From: an uncultured Gammaproteobacteria bacterium
Lineage (GTDB): Bacteria > Patescibacteriota > Microgenomatia > UBA12405 > UBA6130
Reading direction: 5' to 3'
DNA: 52,111 nucleotides
NCBI GenBank assembly: GCA_964540975.1
Contig: CAZIOQ010000021.1
Location: forward strand, 1 to 52,111
Part shown: piece by piece, positions 8,556-17,106 of the stretch
Position numbering within the stretch: the stretch's first letter is position 1
Layout of the letters: every line of letters starts with the position of its first letter
Translations under genes and position numbers: made by a program
The notes under the pieces: model-generated
The model's database searches: none
Told to the model about the DNA's origin: nothing
Seen by the model: only the letters and a program-made list of their open reading frames with translations

Positions 8556-9614
8556 ATGAAAATTAAACGGAATGTTCTTCTTGCTCCATATACAACTTTC
8601 AGAATTGGTGGGCCGGCTGATTTTTTGGTCGAAGCAAGCGGAGAAAATGATTTGATTTGGGCGATTAATTGGGCAAAAGAAAAAGATATTCCTTTTATTG
8701 TTTTAGGCGGAGGGAGTAATGTTTTGATTTCTGATAAAGGGGTGAGGGGAGTGGTGATAATTAATAGAGTTCAGGATTCAGGGTTCAAGGTTCAAAGTTA
8801 CAGTCCAAAATTTAAAGTTGAGCAAGAAAAAGAAATAATTTTTCCCCGGCTTAAACCATTAAGAAAAAAAGAAATAACCTTTAAGGATTTTGATTATGAC
8901 GAAAGTCATTGTCCAAAAATTGAAGTTGAGGTGGCCTCCGGGGTGACCCTTGGACGCTTAATCGATCAACTTTTACGAAGAGGGATTACCGGGTTGCAAT
9001 GGTTTGTGGCAATTCCAGGGACAATCGGCGGAGCAGTTTTTGGCAATATCCACGGTGGCAGCCATTTTTTCAGTGAGGTAGTCAAAGAGGTAAAAGTTCT
9101 TAATCCTGAAGGTGAAATAAAAACTGTTGTTAACAACGAGTGCCAGTTTGATTATGATCAATCGCGATTTCAAACTAGTGGTGAAATTATTTTGTCGGTA
9201 GTTTTGTCTTTGTACCTGGGTGAAGTGAAAAAAGCTTGCTGGGTAATTAAAGAGTGGGGTGGATTTAAGATCAAAAATCAACCACAAAACTCTGCCGGTT
9301 GTGTTTTTAAAAATCTAGATCAAGAAACTTGTCGCCGACTGGGGTTGCCAACCCCGAGTATGAGTTGGGTAATTGACAAAGTTTTGGGTTTAAAAGGAAA
9401 AAGGATTGGTGGAGCAAAAATTTCCGAAAAGCATGCCGGATTTATTGTTAATGAGAAAAATGCTCAAGCAGAAGATGTTTTAAACCTGATTCGGTTGGTG
9501 CGTAAAAAAGCAAAGGCAAGATTAGGGATTGAGCCAGATTTAGAAATCTGCTTGATTAAAGAAAACGGAATTTGTCATCACCTCTCGGATAATGAAAAAA
9601 ACGAAGAGGGATAA
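8556..9614 (+). CDS. murB: UDP-N-acetylenolpyruvoylglucosamine reductase
   Basis: APYTTFRIGGPADF, LGGGSNVLISD, GIPGTIGGAVFGNIHGG, RIGGAKISEKHAGFIVN. The start is set at the ATG at 8556 because the upstream part of the track ORF contains a TATAAT (8537-8542). There is an apparent ~45-aa insertion after the FAD-binding N-terminus. Confidence 0.88.
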   Translation: MKIKRNVLLAPYTTFRIGGPADFLVEASGENDLIWAINWAKEKDIPFIVLGGGSNVLISDKGVRGVVIINRVQDSGFKVQSYSPKFKVEQEKEIIFPRLKPLRKKEITFKDFDYDESHCPKIEVEVASGVTLGRLIDQLLRRGITGLQWFVAIPGTIGGAVFGNIHGGSHFFSEVVKEVKVLNPEGEIKTVVNNECQFDYDQSRFQTSGEIILSVVLSLYLGEVKKACWVIKEWGGFKIKNQPQNSAGCVFKNLDQETCRRLGLPTPSMSWVIDKVLGLKGKRIGGAKISEKHAGFIVNEKNAQAEDVLNLIRLVRKKAKARLGIEPDLEICLIKENGICHHLSDNEKNEEG

Positions 9615-9625
9615 TTTTTGTCATT

Positions 9626-10450
9626 ATGATTGAGAAAGAAAAGCCGTTAACAAGGATAGCCGAGACTTTCAGCAATTGGGTGGAAAAAGGATTTAATCTT
9701 GAGGCGGTCGCTGTCTATGGAGGAAGCGAGGAACTTTTAAGGCGGATGTTAGTTTCAAATCTGATTCCCTCTTTTTCAGGGGAAAAGACTATTTACCAGC
9801 GATGGTTAACTGCCAAAGGAAAACACTTATATTATTTGCTTCCTTTTTTCGAGAGAATCCCTCCAGGGCAAGAAAAATTGCGCCAAAACATTCTTGCCTC
9901 TTACCAGGCGGATTTTTCCAGGGTTAAACCCCAAGGGGTGAACTGGGAGGAAGAGGTGCTTAAAACGATGTCTCTGGGAAAACAGCTTCTTAAAGCAAGA
10001 TATTATGCCTTAAGAAAAGCAATCAGAGATAGCTTTTGGACCCTAACAGGAATTCTCGCCGCTGAAGACGAGGTTTTTACTTTGGCTAAAAATTTTGCCC
10101 CTTTAGAGTTTGATTTTTATCGGGCCAAGATTTTGGCTAGGCTTGCTCAGGGGGTGACTGATTGGGATGTGACTGAAGATCTTGACCCAGATGAAGAAAA
10201 GATAAAAGAAATAAAAAAAAGATTCCAACCAGAAGAGTTAAAAAAAATCCTGAGTACCTGTTTGGAGCAAAGAGGAGTTTTGTTCTTTTTTAACCAAGGA
10301 GTGTACAATTACTTGACCCTGGTTGGGGGAGAAGAAACCAGTGAAATTGTTATTTTAACTGACAAACCGCTCCCTTTAAGAGTGATTTCAGGAATTGAGA
10401 TATTATCTGGCTCATCCTTTAGTCAGAGATTGGAGAAATTCGCCTGTTAG
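9626..10450 (+). CDS. Hypothetical cytoplasmic protein
   Basis: Long ORF in the operon-like spacing between murB and pyrG. No signal peptide and no motif I recognise. Confidence 0.5.
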   Translation: MIEKEKPLTRIAETFSNWVEKGFNLEAVAVYGGSEELLRRMLVSNLIPSFSGEKTIYQRWLTAKGKHLYYLLPFFERIPPGQEKLRQNILASYQADFSRVKPQGVNWEEEVLKTMSLGKQLLKARYYALRKAIRDSFWTLTGILAAEDEVFTLAKNFAPLEFDFYRAKILARLAQGVTDWDVTEDLDPDEEKIKEIKKRFQPEELKKILSTCLEQRGVLFFFNQGVYNYLTLVGGEETSEIVILTDKPLPLRVISGIEILSGSSFSQRLEKFAC

Positions 10451-10582
10451 CCGAGGGATTAAAAAATTTGCCAGTTGACAAATTAAGTTAAACATCTTAA
10501 TTTTAAAATAAGATTTGTTTCTTCTACCTGCTCCTGGAAAAAAATCAGGAGAGCTGGTAGTAGCCTGCCCAAAGATTTTTCA

Positions 10583-12238
10583 ATGTCAAAAGAAAGACCG
10601 ATTTTTATCTTTGTTTCTGGGGGAGTAATTTCCGGATTAGGAAAGGGGATCACCACCGCTTCTTTAGCCCTTCTTTTTAAATCCGCTGGTTTTAGGGTCT
10701 CGGTGATGAAGGTTGATATGTATCTTAATCAAGACGCAGGAACAATGAATCCGATGGAGCATGGAGAAGTTTTTGTAACTCAAGACGGGATAGAGACTGA
10801 TGAGGATTTGGGTCATTATGAGAGATTCTTAAATCAAAATTTGAATTTTAAAAATTATATGACTGCTGGTCAGATCTACAAATTGGTTTTGGAAAAGGAG
10901 AGACGGTTAGAATATCAAGGAAGATCAATCGATGCTTATTTAGAAATTCCTCAGGAGGTGATTAAAAAATGGGAAACAGCTGCTCGGAATCAGGACTTTT
11001 TCTTTATTGAGATGGGTGGCACTGTTGGCGAGTATCAAAATATTTTGTTTTTTGAAGCAGCCAGGAGATTAAAGATTAAATATCCCAACAGAGTTTTTTT
11101 CGTCCATATTGTTTATTTGCCGATTCCTGCTTCCTTAGGTGAGATGAAATCCAAGCCAGCCCAACAGTCAGTTCTAACCTTAAACACCTTAGGAATTTTT
11201 CCAGATTTTATTGTTTGTCGAGCAGAAAAGCCAGTTGATGCCAAAAGAAGAGAAAAAATTGCTCTGGCAGCAGCTTTACCTAAAGAAAGGGTCTTTTCCG
11301 CCCCCGATGCTAATATAATTTATGAGGTGCCGTTGATTTTGGCTCAACAGAAGATGCCTCAGGTGATGTTGAAAGTGATGGGAATCAAAAGAAAGTTGAA
11401 GAGAAACTTAAAACATTGGCAGGCAATTGTCAATAAAGTGTCTTTAACCAAAAAGAAAATTAGAGTGGCAATTGTGGCAAAATACTATGCTAGTGGCGAA
11501 TTTTCTTTAAGTGACTCTTATGTGAGCGTGGTTGAGGCGATTAAACATGGGGCATGGTGTTACAATTTGCAACCAGAAATTGTCTGGATCAATAGTGAAG
11601 AATTAGAAGAAGGAAAAGATCCAAAAGCAGTTTTTGAAAATATTTCAGCCATGGTTGTTCCCGGCGGCTTTGGCTCAAGAGGGATAGAGGGTAAAATAAA
11701 GGCCATTCGTTGGGCAAGAGAAAACAAAATACCTTTTTTGGGTTTGTGTTATGGGATGCAATTAGCAGTCATCGAATTTGCGAGAAATGTTTTAGGGCTG
11801 AAAGATGCCCAGACCACTGAGATTGATCTCCAAACTAATAATCCGGTGATTCATCTGATGCCTGAACAGGAGAAAAAGATGCTTAAACAAGATTATGGGG
11901 GAACAATGAGATTGGGTGATTGGTCTTGCTGGTTAAGACCGAAAACCCAAGCAGCTTATTTTTATCACAAATTTGGTTGGATAGGCAAAAGAGGAAAAAG
12001 AATCATTAAAGAACGGCACCGGCATCGCTATGAATTTAATAACCAATATCGGCAACGCTTTGAGAAAGCAGGGATGATAATTTCCGGGACAACAGTTGAT
12101 AACAAATTAGTCGAAATCATCGAGCTTAAGAAAAACAAACATCCATTTTTTATCGGCGTTCAATTTCATCCTGAATTTCAGTCAAGATTTGAAAAACCCC
12201 ATCCTTTATTTTTAGGCTTAATAAGCTTTTGTCTCTGA
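10583..12238 (+). CDS. pyrG: CTP synthase
   Basis: N-terminal synthetase domain (IFVSGGVISGLGKG, DAGTMNPMEHGEVFVT) and a C-terminal GATase with the catalytic GLCYGMQ and HRHRYEFN. Confidence 0.95.
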   Translation: MSKERPIFIFVSGGVISGLGKGITTASLALLFKSAGFRVSVMKVDMYLNQDAGTMNPMEHGEVFVTQDGIETDEDLGHYERFLNQNLNFKNYMTAGQIYKLVLEKERRLEYQGRSIDAYLEIPQEVIKKWETAARNQDFFFIEMGGTVGEYQNILFFEAARRLKIKYPNRVFFVHIVYLPIPASLGEMKSKPAQQSVLTLNTLGIFPDFIVCRAEKPVDAKRREKIALAAALPKERVFSAPDANIIYEVPLILAQQKMPQVMLKVMGIKRKLKRNLKHWQAIVNKVSLTKKKIRVAIVAKYYASGEFSLSDSYVSVVEAIKHGAWCYNLQPEIVWINSEELEEGKDPKAVFENISAMVVPGGFGSRGIEGKIKAIRWARENKIPFLGLCYGMQLAVIEFARNVLGLKDAQTTEIDLQTNNPVIHLMPEQEKKMLKQDYGGTMRLGDWSCWLRPKTQAAYFYHKFGWIGKRGKRIIKERHRHRYEFNNQYRQRFEKAGMIISGTTVDNKLVEIIELKKNKHPFFIGVQFHPEFQSRFEKPHPLFLGLISFCL

Positions 12239-12270
12239 AAAGCTTGGTATCTTAATGAACAAAATCAAAG

Positions 12271-12768
12271 ATGAAAGACAAAATTCATTCTGAAAAACCA
12301 AGAAAAAAAGTGAGCCGTCCCTGTTGGGATGATTATTTTATGGGGCTAGCCAAATTAGTCGCTACTAGAAGCACTTGTTTGCGTCATGCTGTTGGGGCAG
12401 TTTTGGTCAAAAACAAAAGAATTTTGTCAACTGGTTATAATGGTGCTCCTCAAGGAATGGCTCATTGTTTAGACATTGGTTGTTTGCGAGACAAATTAAA
12501 AATTCCCTCAGGAACCAGGGCGGAGATTTGCCGGGCAGTTCATGCCGAACAAAATGCGATCATTCAATGTGCAGTTTATGGAGTTTCTTCCCAAAAAAGC
12601 ACCCTTTATACCACCCATCAACCTTGTACTGTCTGCACCAAAATTTTAATCGCTGCCCAAGTGAAAAGGATTGTTTTTGAAAAACCATATCCTGATGAAT
12701 TTGCCCAAACCTTATTAAAAGAGGCAGGGGTGAAACTAGAAAAATGGCAGAAAAGCAAAAAAGATTGA
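12271..12768 (+). CDS. comEB: dCMP deaminase (ComEB-type cytidine/deoxycytidylate deaminase)
   Basis: Zinc motifs HAEQNAI and PCTVCTK. Confidence 0.88.
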   Translation: MKDKIHSEKPRKKVSRPCWDDYFMGLAKLVATRSTCLRHAVGAVLVKNKRILSTGYNGAPQGMAHCLDIGCLRDKLKIPSGTRAEICRAVHAEQNAIIQCAVYGVSSQKSTLYTTHQPCTVCTKILIAAQVKRIVFEKPYPDEFAQTLLKEAGVKLEKWQKSKKD

Positions 12769-13337
12769 TTATTGGTTTAACCGGGCCAATCGCAGGCGGC
12801 AAAGGGGTTGTCGCCGATTATTTAAAAAATCAGGGATTTTTTTATTGTTCTTTGTCTGAACGAATTAGAGAAGAGATAAGACGACGGGGTGAGGAAATTA
12901 GCCGGGAAAAGCTTCAAAAAGTGGCGGATAAATTAAGAAAAAAATTTGGACCAGCAGTTTTAGCCCAAAGGACTTGGAATTTAATTTTAAAACAAAAATC
13001 TTTAAGAATTGTTATTGATTCTATCAGAGGTGAATCAGAAGTTGATTTTTTAAAGTCAAAACCAGAATTTTTTTTGCTTGGAGTGACAGCGCCAAGAAAA
13101 TTAAGATATCAAAGAGTAGTGGCAAGAAACAGAGAGTCAGACCCCCCCAGTTGGGAGGAATTTTTAAGAATAGATAAAAAGGATTTTAAAAGTGGCCAGG
13201 GGAAATTGGGGAGAGATATTAAAAAGTGTCTTGAAAAAACAGATTTTTTGATCGTTAATGATGGAACAGTGGGAGAGTTAAAGAGGAAAATTAAAAAAAT
13301 TTTGTCAATCATTATTAGTGAAAAAAAGAAAGGTTAA
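12744..13337 (+). CDS. P-loop nucleotide kinase (dephospho-CoA-kinase-like / UPF0200-like)
   Basis: Walker A GLTGPIAGGKG close to the N-terminus. Its size and its position between the dCMP deaminase and tmk suggest a nucleotide kinase. Exact specificity is unknown. Confidence 0.6.
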   Translation: MAEKQKRLIIGLTGPIAGGKGVVADYLKNQGFFYCSLSERIREEIRRRGEEISREKLQKVADKLRKKFGPAVLAQRTWNLILKQKSLRIVIDSIRGESEVDFLKSKPEFFLLGVTAPRKLRYQRVVARNRESDPPSWEEFLRIDKKDFKSGQGKLGRDIKKCLEKTDFLIVNDGTVGELKRKIKKILSIIISEKKKG

Positions 13338-13941
13338 GATAGCTGCTGTGATCAAGAGAAAAGCCAAATTTGTCGTTCTTGAGGGGATTGATGGTTGTGG
13401 TAAATCATTGCAAATCAGATCACTGAAAAAAAATTTGCCGGCTGAACATTTTGTTTTTACTAAAGAACATACTTCAGGAGTAGTTGGGAGATTAATCGAG
13501 AAAGTTTTATATCGTCAACTCAATCTGAATCAGCTTAGTTTGCAATTGCTTTTTGTGGCCGATCGGCTTGATCATTTAGAAAAAGTCATCAAACCAGCTT
13601 TAGAAAAAGGCAAAATCGTAATTTCTGACCGATATTTTTGGGCCACGGTAGCTTATGGTTCTTTAGTTGTTGATAAAAATTGGCTTTTAAAAATTAATGA
13701 GGTTTGTCTGGTGCCTGATCTGATCATTCTTATTGATTTAGAACCAAAGATTGCTTTGGCAAGAATTACAAAAGCAAGAGAGAGAAAAACCATTTTTGAA
13801 AAAGAAGAAAAATTAAAAAAAGTGAGAGAAACTTATCTTGAGCTGGCGAAAAAATTTAAAGCCTCAACGGTGGTAATTAATGGTGACCGAAAACCAGAAG
13901 AGATTTCTAAAGAGATCAAAAAAGCAATCTTGTCTTGTTGA
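13318..13941 (+). CDS. tmk: Thymidylate kinase
   Basis: FVVLEGIDGCGKS P-loop and the DRY motif (ISDRYFWAT). The GTG start at 13318 overlaps the preceding gene; the exact start is uncertain. Confidence 0.85.
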   Translation: MKKRKVKIAAVIKRKAKFVVLEGIDGCGKSLQIRSLKKNLPAEHFVFTKEHTSGVVGRLIEKVLYRQLNLNQLSLQLLFVADRLDHLEKVIKPALEKGKIVISDRYFWATVAYGSLVVDKNWLLKINEVCLVPDLIILIDLEPKIALARITKARERKTIFEKEEKLKKVRETYLELAKKFKASTVVINGDRKPEEISKEIKKAILSC

Positions 13942-13956
13942 GGAGTGAACGGTGTT

Positions 13957-13985
13957 TTGAGTTGCTAATTATCTTATGCTATAAT
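13957..13985 (+). promoter_or_regulatory. Sigma70-like promoter for rpsB (TTGAGT-17-TGcTATAAT)
   Basis: -35 TTGAGT at 13957-13962, a 17-nt spacer, and an extended -10 TGC-TATAAT at 13977-13985. It lies ~70 nt upstream of the rpsB ATG. Confidence 0.5.
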
Positions 13986-14057
13986 CTTGTTAGTTTAATC
14001 ACACACATCCAGGCTACCATCCTGAAGAAAATTCTTTTCCTGGGTGGAGGAGGAAGG

Positions 14058-14828
14058 ATGGACAAAAAAGTTCAAAATTTAGAAAAAACAAAAAAAACCA
14101 AGACAGAAGACAAATTTACCCCCTCTATTAGCTTGCAAGATTTATTGGAAGCAGGTTGCCATTTTGGTCATACAGTTTCCAAGACTCATCCCAAGATTAA
14201 ACCCTATCTTTATCTCAGTCGAGATGGGGGGCAAATTTTTGATTTGATCAAAACGAAAGAACTTTTAGAAAAAGCTTGTCAATTTCTCTATCGTCTGAGT
14301 AAAGAAGGCAAACCAATAGTTTTTGTTGGGACCAAAAAACAAGCAAAAGCAATTATTGAAAAAACAGCTAGAGAAAGTGGTGCTTGGGCAGTTTTCGAAA
14401 GATGGTTGGGAGGAACATTGACCAATTGGCCAGAAATTCAAAAAAGATTAAAAGTACTTGCCAAATTAAAAGAGGAGTGGGAAAAAGGCGTTTATAGCAA
14501 AAGACCAAAAAAAGAGCAGTCACAAGTTAAGAAAGAGATTAATCGTTTAGGAAAATTATTTGGGGGACTTGAGGGTTTGACCCGATTACCAGCAGCGTTA
14601 GTGATTGTTGACGTCAAAAAAGAAATGACCGCAGTCAAAGAAGCTTTAAAGGAAAAAGTGGCCTTAGTGGCGATTACTGATAGCAATGTTGATCCTACTT
14701 TAGTTGACTATCCAGTGCCTGCCAATGATGATGCTTTAAAAAGTATTAATTTATTAATTACTGAAATGGGTCGGGCGGTGAAAAAAGGTTATGCCGAAGC
14801 AAGAAAAAATGGACAAGACAAATCTTGA
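14058..14828 (+). CDS. rpsB: 30S ribosomal protein S2
   Basis: LLEAGCHFGH, VFVGTKKQA, and ITDSNVDPTLVDYPVPANDDA. The ATG at 14058 is preceded by GGAGGAGGAAGG. The track's upstream extension (from 13935) covers the promoter. Confidence 0.92.
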   Translation: MDKKVQNLEKTKKTKTEDKFTPSISLQDLLEAGCHFGHTVSKTHPKIKPYLYLSRDGGQIFDLIKTKELLEKACQFLYRLSKEGKPIVFVGTKKQAKAIIEKTARESGAWAVFERWLGGTLTNWPEIQKRLKVLAKLKEEWEKGVYSKRPKKEQSQVKKEINRLGKLFGGLEGLTRLPAALVIVDVKKEMTAVKEALKEKVALVAITDSNVDPTLVDYPVPANDDALKSINLLITEMGRAVKKGYAEARKNGQDKS

Positions 14829-15264
14829 AATCATCAAAAAACTAAGATTAGCGACAGGAGCGGGCATTATTGATTGTAAAAATGCTTTTCAAGAGGCAAA
14901 AGGTGATTTTGCCAAAGCAAAAAAAATTTTAGAAAAAAAAGCCCTGAAAAAAGCAAAAGAAAAAATTAACCGGCCAACTGCCCAAGGTTTCATTGCTACC
15001 TATACTCATTCAACAGGTAAAATAGGAGCAATGGTAGAAATTTTGTCTGAAACTGATTTTGTGGCCAGAAATGAGGAATTTAGACAATTTGCTAAAGAAA
15101 TATGTTTACAGATAGCGGCGATGAATCCAAAAAATCTTAAAGAACTTCTTAAGCAAGAATATATCCGTGATCCGGCAAAGACAATTAATGAATTGATGAA
15201 AAGTAATATTGTTAAGTTTGGAGAAAATATTAAGATTGGTCGGTTTGCCAGATTTGAAATATAA
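14791..15264 (+). CDS. tsf: Elongation factor Ts, short form (~150 aa)
   Basis: N-terminal UBA-like IKKLRLATGAGIIDCKNAFQEA, a core TDFVARNEEF, and QIAAMNP. An alternative start is the ATG at 14809. The gene overlaps the rpsB end. Confidence 0.85.
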   Translation: MPKQEKMDKTNLEIIKKLRLATGAGIIDCKNAFQEAKGDFAKAKKILEKKALKKAKEKINRPTAQGFIATYTHSTGKIGAMVEILSETDFVARNEEFRQFAKEICLQIAAMNPKNLKELLKQEYIRDPAKTINELMKSNIVKFGENIKIGRFARFEI

Positions 15265-15351
15265 ATTAAATTTTTTCAAATCCCTTATTGACCCCTTGAA
15301 TTTGTTGCCAGCATCGCTAATAATCAAATAATATTTTGGAAGATAAAAGCA

Positions 15352-15906
15352 ATGGATGAAAATCAAATAAGAGAGCGGATGCAAGCAGCAATTAATAATT
15401 TTCAGCAAGAAGTTCTTTCTTTGCGGACAGGTAGAGCCAATCCTGGATTGATAGAAAAGATCGAGGTTGAGGTTTATGGTGGTCAACAAAAAATGAGGCT
15501 AGTTGAACTAGGAACAATTGGGGTGGCCGACCCTCGGACTTTGACTTTTCAGCCTTGGGATGTTTCTATTATTAATGAAATCAAAAATAGTCTTGTTAAA
15601 GCCAATTTAGGCTTTAATCCTGTGGTTGACCAAAATGTGATTAGAATTGGTTTGCCGGTTTTAACCACAGAACAGCGAGCAGAGTATATCAAGCTTTTAG
15701 CCAAAAAAACAGAAGAGGCGAAAGTGATGGTGAGAAATGTAAGGGCTGAAGCAAGACATCAGCTTCAGGAACAGTTGAGAAACAGTCAGATTGGCAAAGA
15801 CGAGTTTCGTTTAAAAGAAGAAAGATTACAAAAAATTACTGATCAATACATTGGCGAGATTGAAAAGATAGCTTTAGCAAAAGAAAAAGATATCCAAGGA
15901 GAATAA
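15352..15906 (+). CDS. frr: Ribosome recycling factor
   Basis: LSLRTGRANPGLIEKIEVEVYG, PLTEERR-like LTTEQRAEYIK, and VRNVRAEA. Confidence 0.93.
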   Translation: MDENQIRERMQAAINNFQQEVLSLRTGRANPGLIEKIEVEVYGGQQKMRLVELGTIGVADPRTLTFQPWDVSIINEIKNSLVKANLGFNPVVDQNVIRIGLPVLTTEQRAEYIKLLAKKTEEAKVMVRNVRAEARHQLQEQLRNSQIGKDEFRLKEERLQKITDQYIGEIEKIALAKEKDIQGE

Positions 15907-15945
15907 ATTGTTAGAGTACTTAAAGAAAGATTAATTTTGACCAAA

Positions 15946-17091
15946 ATGCTATCCCTAATTTTCTTCATTATTGCTCTTTCGGTTTTGATTATCTTCCACG
16001 AGTTAGGTCATTTTTTGGCGGCGAAAAAATTTGGCATTTGGGTCCAAGAGTTTGGTTTAGGCTATCCACCACGACTTTTAGCCAAAAAAGTTGGCGAGAC
16101 GATTTATTCTCTTAATTGGATTCCTGCCGGTGGCTTTGTCAGAATTTTTGGCGATGTGACAGAAAAAATTAAGCAAATTAAGAAAAAATTAAGAAAAAGA
16201 TCGTTATATTATCAGCCAAAAAAAGTGAGACTGCTGGTTTCAGTTGCTGGAGTAATGATGAATTTGTTTTTAGCAATAATCATCTTTGCTCTTGTCTATT
16301 CAGTTTTGGGCATTCCAAAAAGGATAGGAGTGGTAAAAGTCGTGGGAGTAAGCCAAGATTCGCCAGCTTATCAAGGAGGTTTGCAGGACCAAGATATGAT
16401 TTTGGTAGTAGAAACAGCAGAGGAAAAAGTGTTGCTGAGAAAAACTGATGAGTTGATTAAGATTACGGCTAAAAATGCTGGTCGGTTGATCAATTTAATC
16501 ATTGCGAGGAAAGATAAAGATGATCAAAAATTAACTTTAGTTGACTGTCCTAGACCAGTTAAAGATCAAGAATGCTTTTTGGTTTCTTTAACCCCACGGG
16601 AAAATCCACCCCAAGATGAAGGACCTTTGGGGGTAATCATTACTGATACAGAAATTACCAAACCAGTTTGGTGGCAAAGACCATTTTTGGGGATTTGGGC
16701 AGGTTTTCAAGAAGCATTTTTCTGGGGTAAGCTAATTGTGAAAAGCCTCGGCCAGATGCTTGGCGATTGGGTTTTTCAAGGCAAGGTCCCGACTAACGTG
16801 GCTGGACCGGTAGGAATTTATCAAGCGACTTCTGCGATTCAAAAAGAATCAGGTTTTTGGGCAGTTTTTCATTTCTTTGGCATTCTCTCAGTTAATTTTG
16901 CGATTGTTAATTTTTTGCCTTTTCCTGCTTTGGATGGTAGCCGGTTGATTTTTTTGTTTTGGGAAATGATCGCCAGAAAAAAACCTTCACCAAAAGTAGA
17001 ATTGATTGTTAACCAGCTAGGAATGGCGATTTTGATTTTTTTGTTATTTTTGGTGACTATTGGCGATATTAGAAGGTTGCTTGGAAGATAA
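15946..17091 (+). CDS. rseP: RIP metalloprotease RseP (site-2 protease, M50) with PDZ
   Basis: HELGHF zinc motif in the first TM segment and a C-terminal NFLPFPALDGSR motif. The ATG is at 15946; the track's TTG is at 15937. Confidence 0.85.
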   Translation: MLSLIFFIIALSVLIIFHELGHFLAAKKFGIWVQEFGLGYPPRLLAKKVGETIYSLNWIPAGGFVRIFGDVTEKIKQIKKKLRKRSLYYQPKKVRLLVSVAGVMMNLFLAIIIFALVYSVLGIPKRIGVVKVVGVSQDSPAYQGGLQDQDMILVVETAEEKVLLRKTDELIKITAKNAGRLINLIIARKDKDDQKLTLVDCPRPVKDQECFLVSLTPRENPPQDEGPLGVIITDTEITKPVWWQRPFLGIWAGFQEAFFWGKLIVKSLGQMLGDWVFQGKVPTNVAGPVGIYQATSAIQKESGFWAVFHFFGILSVNFAIVNFLPFPALDGSRLIFLFWEMIARKKPSPKVELIVNQLGMAILIFLLFLVTIGDIRRLLGR

Positions 17092-17106
17092 AATTAAAAC
17101 GCCAGA

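Noticed and set aside
13935-14057. The 41-codon N-terminal extension of rpsB in the ORF track.
   Set aside because: The extension contains a good promoter (TTGAGT-17-TGcTATAAT, 13957-13985). A strong Shine-Dalgarno sequence (GGAGGAGGAAGG) precedes the ATG at 14058, where S2 homology begins.
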